Positions 42,407 through 54,073 of a stretch of DNA of 64,000 bases are shown piece by piece. The DNA lies in sequence record NC_070967.1. One strand, given 5' to 3'. A model generated the notes under the pieces. That model saw only the letters and a program-made list of their open reading frames with translations. It was not told the origin of the DNA and searched no databases. Position numbers and translations under genes: made by a program. Numbering within the stretch: the stretch's first letter is position 1; each line of letters starts with the position of its first letter.

Positions 42407-43337
42407 ATGTTAAATATCAACAGGACATATTATGCTCTGATCACAGAGAGTGGAGACATTCTCAAGGGATCTCAATCAATGCTGAATGGATTGTATGACT
42501 CTCATGCTAAAGCTACTAGGTACAAGAAATCTCTCATTGATAAAGCTAAGCCGTTCAGTAGTCAAAGTACTAGTCCTCACAAACATCTGTGGGATCCTAG
42601 GAATACAGCAGAGTGGGATAAGACTCTGGAGACGTATGAGTCTCTTGAAGTCACTCCTGTCAAGATTGTAAAGGATAAGGTAGAATGATCCGAGGACGTA
42701 AGAGTATCAAGAATGCAGCGACTGATGCATGGATGACAGAGTATGGTAGTCTAGAAGGACCTGGATATCCTGTCTGGAAGTTGTACGACATTCCTGAGAT
42801 CATGAGTACTGCTAGTCGAATCATGGACGCTACTCGTAAGGAGTTTGTCAAGAAGTCGAAGAGTAGTGAGCTACCACAAGTATCATATATGCTGCAAGCT
42901 AATGATGAAGGTGTGTACATAGAATACGAAATTAGATAGGAACAGATATGTCTGAATATAAATCTCCAAGCACTATCATTAAAGAAATTAACTCCTCAAA
43001 TGAGTCTGCTGTAAAAGACTGGGTTGAATTTCAATCTGGTGTAAATACTAGTCGTCTCATGAATGCAGGATTTACACCTAACAATGAGACGTATCAAGCA
43101 GCATTGAAGTACTTCAATCTAAGTCCTGTGATTCCAGATTGAGAGATTAATATGTGCGTACCTAAAGATGAACATGAGACTGCATACAAGCTAGCTCGCA
43201 AGCACTACGAGGCTCAGGATCCTACTGAACGAGACTCATTCCAGAAGCATCTAGGTGATGCGTACCAACATCTCTTGTCGAAACGAAGAGGTCCTGGTGA
43301 GGAGAGTGATCCATATGCATACAATAGCTTCTGGTGA
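42407..43337 (+). CDS. Four hypothetical CDS (42407-42688, 42685-42939, 42948-43142, 43152-43337)
   Basis: Packing and SD sites. Confidence 0.6.
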
Positions 43338-43359
43338 GGAAAATAAAGTCGTAGCAAAA

Positions 43360-43398
43360 TGGGGTCGATCGACGTCTTCGAGAGATTCTTCCTTGGAG
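43360..43398 (+). promoter_or_regulatory. Degenerate promoter-like cassette
   Basis: TGGGGTCGATC-N12-AGATTCTTCCTTGG with A-rich upstream tract and downstream GAGAATTGT, as in other copies. Confidence 0.5.
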
Positions 43399-43445
43399 GG
43401 TCGTGGTTGGTCCTTCTTGAGAATTGTTTTTGACTGGAGATTGTG

Positions 43446-44054
43446 ATGTCTGTCTTGCTTGAGATTGTTGGTCCTCCGATTGGATCCAAGAAATCTTGGT
43501 TGACTCTGGATCTGGAAACTGAAAAGATCTTCGGATCCTTCAAGTGGGGATCTGGTGAGAAGAATGGTCGTCGATGGCGACCCTATGCTTGTGGAATTGG
43601 TCATCAATCGGACAATCGTCTTGAGATCTGGGTCAAATCTTCGTTCGATGAATCGGAGTTGATGGACTGGATTGCTGAAACTCTCCTCGTCTGCGGATCC
43701 AATGTTCGTGATGTGGTCTTTCAGAATTCGAGAAATCGATTTGATGAAATGGTCTGTGCTGGACGTTTCATTAATGCTCGTCGTCCTCCGACTCGTCTCC
43801 CTGGATCCTGGCCGATCCTTGAGATTGATCCTCCGATGGTCTGGAAGAAAACTCCTCGGACCGATCGGATTGAGATTCCGAGAAATGAGGTCGACGGGAT
43901 TGGTGGTTCTGCTGATCTTGTTCGTCGTGGAGATCTCGATCCTCTCCGCCATTGTGGTCGGGATGTTCTTGAGAATCTCTGGAATCTCGAGGATTGTCCT
44001 TCTCTTCCTCCTGAGTGGGTCGACTTCTGGAAATCTCCATTCTCTGCTTCCTGA
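43446..44054 (+). CDS. Hypothetical protein in a TA-depleted island
   Basis: SD GGAG before GTG/ATG; longest + frame; only two TA dinucleotides seen in the ORF. Confidence 0.65.
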   Translation: MSVLLEIVGPPIGSKKSWLTLDLETEKIFGSFKWGSGEKNGRRWRPYACGIGHQSDNRLEIWVKSSFDESELMDWIAETLLVCGSNVRDVVFQNSRNRFDEMVCAGRFINARRPPTRLPGSWPILEIDPPMVWKKTPRTDRIEIPRNEVDGIGGSADLVRRGDLDPLRHCGRDVLENLWNLEDCPSLPPEWVDFWKSPFSAS

Positions 44055-44114
44055 TTCTGAGTCCTGGGCCATGACTTAAAACTGGTCCCTATTTTCATAG
44101 CTAAAGGTAAGATC

Positions 44115-44591
44115 ATGACACTTGAAGAAGTCCTTGAGACTAAGAAATATTATATCAATTCTCTTCGTGAGTATTCTCGTAAGCAGGTAGATCTATGGAG
44201 ACAGGTACCATGGCTAGCTCTGCAGGCTCAAGGTAGATCTGGATGGTCTGACGCATATGGTCGATGTATCCGTAATGGTATCTGGACAATTAACTCTGCT
44301 ACCAATGGAGGATACTGTGCTACGTCAGTCGACTGTGATTCAGGTGAGTTGATGTACTTCAATAAGCCTATGGGTGATAACTGTAAAGAGTTGATGCTGA
44401 TCGATCCTAAGGAACTAGATGCAAGTCTTGTAATCGCTTATCTGAATCAGCGTATTCTGAGTGACAAGGAGGATCACTCAATTAAGCAGAAGGGTTCTAC
44501 GTGGAGAAAGGATACTGCTGAGGAGCTAGGTATTGAGAGAATATATCATAGGACTCGTACGATCCCTGAACCGTCATGGAGTTACGACTAA
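44115..44591 (+). CDS. Hypothetical protein
   Basis: SD-like AAAGG; ORF fills the gap up to cassette 10. Confidence 0.65.
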   Translation: MTLEEVLETKKYYINSLREYSRKQVDLWRQVPWLALQAQGRSGWSDAYGRCIRNGIWTINSATNGGYCATSVDCDSGELMYFNKPMGDNCKELMLIDPKELDASLVIAYLNQRILSDKEDHSIKQKGSTWRKDTAEELGIERIYHRTRTIPEPSWSYD

Positions 44592-44610
44592 CGAATTTAC
44601 CTCGAGGAGA

Positions 44611-44647
44611 TAGGTTCACTTAGCCTCCTCGAGGGATTCTTCTTTAG
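44611..44647 (+). promoter_or_regulatory. Promoter-like cassette, copy 10
   Basis: TAGGTTCACTT-N12-GGATTCTTCTTTAG; hairpin AGAGG/CCTCT; SD AAGGAG. Confidence 0.8.
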
Positions 44648-44688
44648 AGGGTCCGGATCGTCTGGGTCCTCTGGAAAAGGAGAATCGT

Positions 44689-45571
44689 ATGTCAATGGCT
44701 GTGTCTCTGTATCGTGCTAAGTATTCTAGCAAGTTCGCAGGATCTGGTGAGTTCCCGATCTATGCTTTGAACCTGAAGGATGCTGAGGATCGTGCTGAGA
44801 AGATCTTCTTCCTCATGAATGTGAAGGTCGATGGTGATACCTTCACATCTGAAGTCGCTCTGGTTGAATTCTGAGGAGAACGATCTTGTACATTAATGGT
44901 TGGATGACCAATGTCAATGTGAGTGAGATTGCTCAGACCAAGAAGTTCATCGAGGAGAACGATGGTCTCGATCTCAAGGTCGATACGACTGGTGCTAATG
45001 GTCCTGAGTACAAGTGGACCCAGTACTGCGATGACGATGAGGACATGGTCAAGATCGCTGCGGTCATGATGTTCTACAACGATCGTAGTCCTGAGCAGAT
45101 CGAGGAGTTCAAATCTGATCTCCGTGAACTGATGAAGAAATACGAGAGGATCTAAGATGCTGAGTTCAGTCGAGAAGAATATCGTCGACAACTACCGTCA
45201 CCTGTACGGTAGGACCTACGGATCGATGCCTCCTGCTCTCCTGACAGATGAGAGGATCTGGGAGATCTACGACAAGGAGATAGGTGTGATGCCTACTGGT
45301 CAGATCCAGGATGAGGAAGTCCTGATGTCAATGCGAGAGGATCTGAATCTGGATGCAAGTCGTCCTGATCTCGGATGGAAGCCTATCGCTAAGAAGACTC
45401 GACTTTCTAGAAAGGGATCATCCAATGTCTAAAGATTTCTTTGGAGATGGTCTTGTAGCAGATGAGATGCGTTCTCGATACGGTAGCGTATGGGACAATC
45501 TTCCATCTGTCCTCAAGACATCCATCATCGCAGGACTGATCATCGGCATCTGTGCAGGATTGATCAGCTAA
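44689..45571 (+). CDS. Four small CDS (44689-44874, 44886-45155, 45157-45432, 45425-45571 membrane)
   Basis: SD sites; ends at a terminator. Confidence 0.65.
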
Positions 45572-45578
45572 CAACTAT

Positions 45579-45614
45579 GGGTAGTATGCCGAGAGGTATG
45601 CTACCCTATTTTTA
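45579..45614 (+). terminator. Intrinsic terminator
   Basis: GGGTAGTATGCC-GAGA-GGTATGCTACCC followed by TATTTTT. Confidence 0.8.
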
Positions 45615-45633
45615 TGCCTAAAGGAGACATGAG

Positions 45634-46226
45634 ATGAGGGCATCATCAATCAAGCATGAGACTAAATTGTTCATCGTCAAGAATCTGGAGATGAGTCGTA
45701 CTCTGATTCTTGACAGTACGGAGACAGAGTACATTCTCATCGATGATCTCAAGATCAAGAATGGTACGGTCGATGGTACGATCGTCGTCGGATCTACTCG
45801 TGATCAAGTTTCTCAGGTATTCAGATTCATTGATGACTCTGAGAAACCTAACATGAAGATCGTCGAGGTACAAGCATCGATGAGGATTTATCCTGCTCCG
45901 AGGGATCTACTCTAATGTCGTATGAAGGATACGGAGAGTACATCTGCTTGAGTGGTCACTATGTGAAGGCTCGAGACATCTTTGATCATCCTGAGACTGA
46001 ATGTGCTATCTGCAAGTCAGGAATGAAGTACTACCACTCAGTCGATGTAACCAATGGTTATGATGAGTCACGAGAAGATTCATGTGATGCTCCGAAGACC
46101 GTGATCGGATCTGATGACTGGTGGCAGACTGATCATTATGATAATCGATACGCTCAGAGGATCCATCTGTATGGAATTCCTGAAGGTATGAATCCATGGA
46201 TCGATTTACAATCGTCAGAATCCTAA
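45634..46226 (+). CDS. Two CDS (45634-45915; 45915-46226 zinc-ribbon-like)
   Basis: CLSGH...CAIC in the second. Confidence 0.65.
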
Positions 46227-46420
46227 TATGTTGAGGGGTACAGGATTCTGATGGTCGACCTGAGCATGTCGTTATAAAGGCTCATCAATTTCATAGGAGA
46301 CACATTATGAATCATGAGAAACTCTATCGTCGACTTCTGATCCTCAAGATAGTCGGACTATCACTCGTAGCTATCGGATTAATATGGCTACCTAAACTAC
46401 CTAATTAATTCTCAAACAAA

Positions 46421-46457
46421 TAGGTGCACTTGAGGTCGTAAAAGGATTCTTCTTCAG
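46421..46457 (+). promoter_or_regulatory. Promoter-like cassette, copy 11
   Basis: TAGGTGCACTT-N12-GGATTCTTCTTCAG; hairpin; GAGAATTGTCTTTAAGGAGAA leader. Confidence 0.8.
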
Positions 46458-46503
46458 GAAGGGTTGCCCTGGTAGGGAACTCGAGAATTGTCTTTAAGGA
46501 GAA

Positions 46504-46926
46504 ATGAAAATGTTCGCTATCATTGCTGCTAATGAAAGATCCTCTCAGCCGATCCGCAAGACTGGTCAGGAGACAATCTGGGGACTCGATGATGTGAAGA
46601 GGATCAAGCAGTTCAAGACTGCTAAGAAGGCTCAAGAGTTCATCGACGAGAAGTTATCCTGGGATGGGTACTCCTTCGAGGTTGTACCGATGTCTGAAGT
46701 TCACAAGTACTACTGGATCAATCGTGAACTCAGTCAGGACGCTTCGATGGTAGCAATGTTCTCCGACAAGATCAAGAAGTTCCGTGAGCTGGTCGAGGAT
46801 GCTACCAAGCAAGGTGATGTGAATCGTGCTGCCTATCTCAATAGCGTTATCCGCGACAGTCTCTTCCGGATCATCGGATCTGGTCAGACTGAAGAGGAAT
46901 TCCACTACTCCGGTATCGCTCGCTAA
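46504..46926 (+). CDS. Hypothetical early protein (single gene between two cassettes)
   Basis: SD AAGGAG. Confidence 0.75.
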   Translation: MKMFAIIAANERSSQPIRKTGQETIWGLDDVKRIKQFKTAKKAQEFIDEKLSWDGYSFEVVPMSEVHKYYWINRELSQDASMVAMFSDKIKKFRELVEDATKQGDVNRAAYLNSVIRDSLFRIIGSGQTEEEFHYSGIAR

Positions 46927-46996
46927 GAATACCTCCTGAGCCATGAGGTTAAACTGGCTCCATTTCTTGTATCTGAACGTAATAGTTACTACGAGA

Positions 46997-47033
46997 TAGG
47001 TTCAGTTAGGGTCCTAAGAGGATTCTTCTTCAG
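46997..47033 (+). promoter_or_regulatory. Promoter-like cassette, copy 12
   Basis: TAGGTTCAGTT-N12-GGATTCTTCTTCAG; hairpin GGGCT/AGCCC; same leader as copy 11. Confidence 0.8.
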
Positions 47034-47081
47034 GAGGGCTTGAAGAACCAGCCCAGAGAATTGTCTTTAAGGAGAAATGCA

Positions 47082-50000
47082 ATGAACAAGATTTCTGAAG
47101 TAGTCCGCGATGTTGAGTTCACCTTCTATTGCACTGGTGGATTCCGTACGAAGGACATGACAATCTTCGCTAAAATTGATCAGCATTTCTTCAATGAAAT
47201 CTGTGCTCGTCAGTACGCTAACTTTCCTAAGCAGCTTCCTCTGAAAGGTAAGGAGACTGCAGATGGCGTACTGATCGGATGGCTCGACTACAAGAAGAAT
47301 CGGTACCATGCTGAAACGACTATCGGTCATGCAATGTACTACAATCGCCTTCGCGATACAATCTAAGGAGAATATGTAATGGCTGACAAGTCAAGGGATA
47401 AGGATCGTGAGAAGAGATCTCGTCGTTATGCTGATCTCGTTTCGAGGTTCTACTCTCGTCAGGTAGAAGGAGACTTGGATAAGTCTCTGGTGAATGCTTA
47501 CATCTCCAGTCAGTCTGCTCCGTCGATGGATCTCGTTGACGTGATGGATGCTATTGTCGCGTATGGTGATGCGAGAGTAGCTGAAGCTAAGCAGAAATGG
47601 AAAGGATCTAAGTGATGGCTAAGAAACGTTCTCGTAGCGACGTAGTCTACTCGATCGCTAATCTCTTGATCGTACTCGGTCAGGAGAAATCAATTGTGGA
47701 TCTGATGAATCAGGTTCTCGCCTATCAGGACGTGACAACGGACGATGATCTCGAGATTCATCTCAGAGCGATGATCAAGCCTGTCGAGTCTGACTGGAAA
47801 CTCAAAGGATCCAAGACGAAGATGGACGATGAAGTAATCGTCGAAGTCGATCCTTATCTCGAAGGGATTAAGGATCGTGGTCAGTAATAAAACGAATCTC
47901 GTAGCAGAATCTCCTGAAGAGAAGATGGAGAATCTCGCTCATGAAATCTGGGCAGTAGCTCAGACATCTCCAGGTGAAGGTATCGAGGATGGAGTACAGC
48001 GTATCCTCGATCTTCTGAAGGAGACTGTCATCATGAAGATGGATGACAAGGATATGGATATCGAGAACGATCCTACATGGGATGAGTTCGAGATCCCTCG
48101 TCCTCCTAAGGAGTGGAAGTGATGGCCAATCGGATTAATCGTGGGATCTACAAGTTCACATACAAGAATATCAAATTTGAACTGGAGAGATATCCTGATA
48201 GATCCTGGCATCTTTTCTACGAAGATGAGTCTTGTCCTCGTGAGTGGATTAATGACTACAGTACTAAGAGACTAGCAATCACTCGAGCTAAGGAGATGGC
48301 AGACAATGGCTCACTCAGTTGATCGTCAGGAAGATGGTACCATTGTTGTCACATGGGACAATGGACGTAAGACCGTACGTACTGCTAAGTTCAGCAGTGA
48401 TTCTATCATGCGTACGGATCCTCTTGGTGGACTAGTGAAGGATCATACGGACGATGAGATCTTCGCCTATGCTCAGTACTCCATCAAGGCGATCCGTAGA
48501 ATGAAGAGATCAATGAAGGGATTATTGTAATGGTTTATCATGCAACTGAGGCTCATCGAATGGCATGTCAATATGCTAATGAGATGACGGATATTGAGTA
48601 TCCGGATGTTGCTCGAGCTAGTGATACGAGTGACTCTCATGAGTACTGGCTGAAGATGTACGACGAGAAGATTCTGGAGCAGATGAAGAAGTCTGTCATG
48701 GAGGAGAATAACAATGGCTGACTATATCCGACTCTATCGTCCTGAAGGTAAGGGAGTATGTCTCGAGTTTGCTCGTGCGAACGACTACGAGACTGCTACC
48801 AAGTTCGCTGATCTCTTCAAGGAGATCATGCCTAAGAAGTTCAACTGGTTTCATCAAGGTGGGACTAACTTCAACAATGAACCGTCGGACTGGCATCTCT
48901 TTGAATTCTGGGGATACGATAGTAATCCTCTCAGGATTCGATGCTACTGTGTAGTCCTGGCAGACATGTTGGGACTATCGCTGATGATCCATGACTCTGC
49001 AGGAGATGAGGTGACGATATGATCAAGATATATGTTCAACGTATAGGTTCTCAGAGCGGTGAGCACCTTATTCAGGAGATTCCTGAAGAGATGATGATCA
49101 AGGATTGTCATATGGATCTCGAGAAATTGATCCAGAGTGTCTATAATCTTGGTCGACGTGATGAACGTGATGAGATCAATAGCGACCTCATTCAATTAAT
49201 GAACAGGAGACGTTAAGATGATTTATCGTGTATGGTACTGGTCGTCCAAGGGATACTGGAAGCACTTTCAGGATCAGGAGAATCTGGAGTATGCTCAGGC
49301 ATCTCAGACTATTCTGTTCAAGAATAGCAAGGCATCGATCATGCAGATCGTTCCTAAGAATCATCCGTTCACTGATCGTGTCATCGACATGACGGACAAC
49401 ATGTATGTTCCTGATGAAGATGACGATCCAGTTGTCGAATTCCACAATGCTGTTAATGCATTCAATCTGAAACACAGTGGTGTTAGTCCATGACTGGTGA
49501 AGTCCATAAGAATCATCCTGGAGTGACTGCTAGTGAATGTCCTGCCAGGATCACTGTTAATGCTCAGCCATCTTCCAACCATGGCAGTGGATACGCATGT
49601 AGTGTAACTGGTAGTCATTGCATACCATCATCCGACTGTGATGCTCGGAGAAAGATCTGGAGGGACCATAATGAAGTTCAAACGTGAATTCTATACTGTT
49701 GAGGATAGCACAGGTAAGCTGATCCTCATTCGAGATGAGATCGGATCGTACATCTTCATGTTGAAGGAAGTGATCGAACGTCTCGAACTCCAGGATCAGA
49801 TCGTAATGGATTCTGATCGTCGGCATCTTGTAGGAGTCTGTGTAGATTGGCATCTACCTACTCCGAAGATCGTACCTGTGTCCGTCGAAGTTGAGATCGT
49901 TGTCAAGGAGTCTGCATAATGTGGAAGTGGCTATGTGGATTCTTTGGTTCATTCGAGGATCCTATTGTTGCATCAGAGGATCCGTCTGTTCCGACATTCG

Positions 50001-52000
50001 TCACATGTTCGTACAACTACGTGCATCGTGACAATTCGAATAAGATCCATTTCTGGAGTCATCCGTACAGACATCCGTATCAAGTCTATGGTGGTCCTCA
50101 TCATCCTGAACCTAGTACTGCTACTCAGTCTGAGAGAAGACAGATATGGACTAATGTCTACGATCTGCCAGGATATGAGCTCATCGAGGATGACTATACG
50201 GATCGTCTGTATCTCGTATGGAGACATGAAGGATATGTCAACGAGTACGAGCCATATGCTAGTGCATTCGGGTCACGTAGGAAGAAGGTAGCACTGGCAT
50301 GAGCGGACCTCGAATGAAGTACGTGACTGTAGCAGGTTATGGTGAGGATGAGATATACATCTTCAATGAGACATTGTCTCATCAGAACTTCTGCTTCAGG
50401 ATGAACATCGATCCTAAAGATGTTATGACTGCAGGATTCTTCACTGTCGATCCTAGTAATGGTCCGAAGTTCTTCGGTAAGTCGACTACTCTGAGAAGAG
50501 AGTCGAGTCCTGCTGATCTGATAATCTTCAAACGTCATTGTGGATGGGACGATTAAGATGAATGACTTATTCACATCTAACAAATTCAGTGAGCTTAAGT
50601 CGACTGGACTGAGTCTCACTAAGAAAGAGACCGTTGTCGTACATAAGTATGTATCGATCGGAGGAGTCTCATTCGATGTCGAGGAGTTGTTAGATTTCTT
50701 TGATGACATCGACTCGAATGTATGGACTGTCGAGAAGACTGGTAAGATTCTTATCGAGTACGGAATCCTCAAGGATCTCGGTAGTCAGAGGTGGATGACA
50801 GGTGCTGGTAAAGGACCTAACTTCGACGAATTTCAATCTATGTTAAGGAATATTGCAGATGAATGACTTGATCGAATCACTTCAGATCTTCTCGAAGTAT
50901 TTCAGAGCAGATAGCTTTGCTCCGACTCATTGTGAGCATGACATCCTGATGTTATGTGTAGCAGATGTGGAGGTCTTTAATCATATCGACCATACTGATG
51001 CTAATCGAGTTATCGAGTTAGGATGGCACTGGTCAAATGAATTCAACTGCTGGTGCTCATTCAGGTATGGGAGTTGCTGATATGTCCCAGAGAGTATCTG
51101 AGTTGATGAAGAAAGAACTACCTCATGTCGAGGACCATGGATCTGTGAAGATTACCTATTCACTCAGTCCGAATGGATTGATCCTTGGTATCCATGCTGG
51201 TTATCTTACCTTCATGATGGATAAGAAAGCAGTAGGTGAGTTTGTCGATGAACTTACTGATCAGTACAGAAAGATGAAGGAAGAATAAGATGCGCATTGC
51301 AGATGTCCTCGTAGGTCAGCATTTCACATTCGATCTTGCCAGAGGTCGATTCACCTACGAGAAACTCAAGAAGGGATATGTTCGATCAGATGGATTGAAG
51401 ATCCGTAAGGCTCAGTGGCTACCTGACTTCGAAGTAGAACTTGTACAGACTCCTCGTGGGATCGAAGAGCTTCACTCTCATTCTGATGAGAATGGATCTG
51501 TCCGAGTACTGAAGGTACCGATCGAGAATGTCCAGATGATCGTCCAGATGCACTTTGCAGGTATGAAGGATGGAGTCAAGTCAAACATCCTTGTGAAGTC
51601 ATCTGATGGCAAGGATCTAGAAGTGGATCATATGCTCGTATTCCTGGAGCAGAGAGTGTGACTGAGTCAGATAAACCTATCAGACCTACTGGTAAATCAA
51701 TCTCAACTGGTAAGTCTATGAGTTCTCTCGAATATATGAAGATATACGAGGAGACTGTCAAAGTCGTTGTAGTTGATCATCGGAGGAGATTCTATGAAAG
51801 ATCAGAAACCTAGACTAGGTGAGATCATCGAAGATTGCTATCTCTATGGACATACAACATTGTTGACAGGATTCGTTGTAAGGATTCTCGAGATCGACGG
51901 TGATGATGTCTCGATTGAATTCGAGGATTATCGAGACAATACTATCAACTGGACTATCAAGTCGAATTTCATTAAGGAGATTACTGATGAAACAACTTGA
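47082..52000 (+). CDS. Run of about 21 small hypothetical CDS (47082-47366, 47379-47615, 47612-47887, 47877-48122, 48122-48322, 48306-48530, 48530-48721, 48714-49022, 49019-49216, 49218-49493, 49490-49687, about 49671-49919, 49919-50302, 50299-50556, 50540-50866, about 50859-51080, about 51082-51288, 51290-51661, about 51794-52000 and others)
   Basis: Continuous stop/start coupling on the + strand; no recognisable motifs. Confidence 0.65.
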
Positions 52001-52283
52001 TCTGACTCCTGAGCAGATTGAGTTCCGAGATCTACTCCTGGAGAATATCTATCAGAGTTATCCAGACGACTGGAAGACATGGACGATCGATGAGAAGGTA
52101 CGTAATCGTTGTGGGAATATCTCTCCTCCATTCTCTAAGTTCTTCGGTTTGACAATTGCATCAGGATTCTGTAATGATCAACCTCACTTCTGGTGTAAGG
52201 ATAGTGAAGGTAATATCATCGATCCTACACGTGAACAATTTGGTCCTGGACCATACGAATATGAGGAGAATGCACATGACTGA
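51987..52283 (+). CDS. Papain/transglutaminase-like Cys-His-Asp protein (paralog of 40880-41371)
   Basis: NRCGNIS, PHFWC, IIDPTREQF; SD AAGGAG, ATG 51987. Confidence 0.5.
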   Translation: MKQLDLTPEQIEFRDLLLENIYQSYPDDWKTWTIDEKVRNRCGNISPPFSKFFGLTIASGFCNDQPHFWCKDSEGNIIDPTREQFGPGPYEYEENAHD

Positions 52284-53274
52284 ACATAATCATCGTCGAG
52301 GTACGAAATCAACAACTCGACATACTAAAGAATCGGTCGAGAGCAGACTGTACACTCGAGCAGATATCGGTGGATTCAATAAGTTCTTGAATCGATTCAT
52401 TACACCTAACTGTGGACTTGAAGTGATTGAGAGAGGTAAGGTAGGACTAGCTCACTCTAAAGCTGGTGCTAAGAAGTACGTCAGATCTCGTACTCGATTC
52501 CATGAGAATGCTGCTACTCGTCAATTAGCTAAGGAAATCAGTGATGACTGAAGTCGTAATGAATACCACATACTACACGATGATGGATGAGGACAAGAAG
52601 ATGGTCCTCACTGACTATCAAGGTCGACGTATGTTCATGTTAATGAGTGAGCTCATCCAACGTAATATCGAGGACATGATTGTACTTGGTGATCAGGATA
52701 GCTTGTACGAAGAGTCCAAGCACTTCACAGGTATTAAGATCATCATCGTACCTGTTGCTACGACAATGAGGATTCAGGTATGAGTGAACCTACCTACGCG
52801 ATTCATGTCCTGGATACTCTGAAGTCATCATATCATTGTTCATACAATGAGGCTATGGTAAGGGGTCAGACGATCAGTCGTAGTCGAGGTTTTACGAAGA
52901 TCGATGATCGTACCATAGCATTCTTCGATAAAGAAGGATCTCTGAAGGTACTCGTTCAACGAGAATAACGATTCAGCTTATTCCAGTGGGATAAGCCTTC
53001 CTAGTTGTGAAGGAATATGGAGACTACAATGGGTATGTTTAATGAAGTCATCATCAAATGTCCTAAGTGTGAAGGTACATTCATCGAGCAGACTAAGTCA
53101 GGTTCATGTTCGTTGAAGACATTCAGATTAGAATGTGCTCCTGCAGAAGAGCTCAGTGGACTACTGACAGATGACGGTAGCATATGGTGTCAGAACTGTG
53201 GAGCCAAGCTAGGTCTTCAGATTCAGGTACGTGTCGTAGAGAAAGATAGTGAAGATGGATGGAGAAGCATCTGA
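52276..53274 (+). CDS. Four small CDS (52276-52551, 52541-52783, 52780-52968, 53017-53274 zinc finger)
   Basis: CPKC...CQNC in the last. Confidence 0.65.
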
Positions 53275-53635
53275 GGATCTCGAAGAGATTACTCGGAGTA
53301 TGCATGCTGATGCTCGAAGGATTCTGAAGGATCGACCTAAGAGATTCAAGATTCCTCGTGCTAAGATCATTGACCCTATCGAGAAGATTATCATGGATGG
53401 TCTCGATAAGGCTAACATTAAATACATTCATGACAGTAACAATCCTAAGCATCATCGTCTGGATTTCTATCTTCCAACCATAGGAATCTTTATTGAAGTT
53501 AAACAATTTCATTCAATGAGAATTGCTGAGCAGATGGCACGAGTTGAGAATGTGATTGTAATCCAAGGTCGTCATGCAGCAGAGATGTTTGTCAAGATGA
53601 TCAACTCTTCAACTGACATTAAGGATTACGACTGA
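53255..53635 (+). CDS. PD-(D/E)XK-like nuclease-fold protein
   Basis: RLDFYLP..GIFIEVK. Confidence 0.55.
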   Translation: MDGEASEDLEEITRSMHADARRILKDRPKRFKIPRAKIIDPIEKIIMDGLDKANIKYIHDSNNPKHHRLDFYLPTIGIFIEVKQFHSMRIAEQMARVENVIVIQGRHAAEMFVKMINSSTDIKDYD

Positions 53636-53928
53636 TGAGATGGGGACGACATAATCAGAGTGACTGGTATAAGGATAGTGGACTGTATGTCCTGGAGTTA
53701 TGTGGATCTTACTACATGACTGTATGGAGTAAGGATTCACTACCTCAGGCTCTACGTACTCTGAGTAACTGGAATAGTGAAGTCATCTCCGTAGTAAGAT
53801 CTGACGAGGATGGATGGGAGTTCACCTATACGATTGTATCGAAGGTATCTCATCGAGTAGCAGATCAGAATAAAGTACAGTTTCACTTGATGGAGACTCT
53901 CAAGAATGTAGGTCACTATGAGGGATAG
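53635..53928 (+). CDS. Hypothetical protein
   Basis: TGATG coupling. Confidence 0.6.
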   Translation: MRWGRHNQSDWYKDSGLYVLELCGSYYMTVWSKDSLPQALRTLSNWNSEVISVVRSDEDGWEFTYTIVSKVSHRVADQNKVQFHLMETLKNVGHYEG

Positions 53929-54073
53929 GTTGATGCGATACGAAGAAGCATTGAGTATGCGTAAGGATGGTCAGTACATCTATCGTGCAAGTGAGAAGTA
54001 CGTCAAGTACTATTCTGGCGATGAGGTACCGGATATCTATAAGGGTGCATCTGATTGGAAGATAGGGAATTAA

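Noticed and set aside
43251-44116. 273-aa antisense ORF and extra + frame ORFs as real genes
   Set aside because: Explained by the local lack of TA, which removes TAA/TAG on both strands; there is no SD or promoter support.
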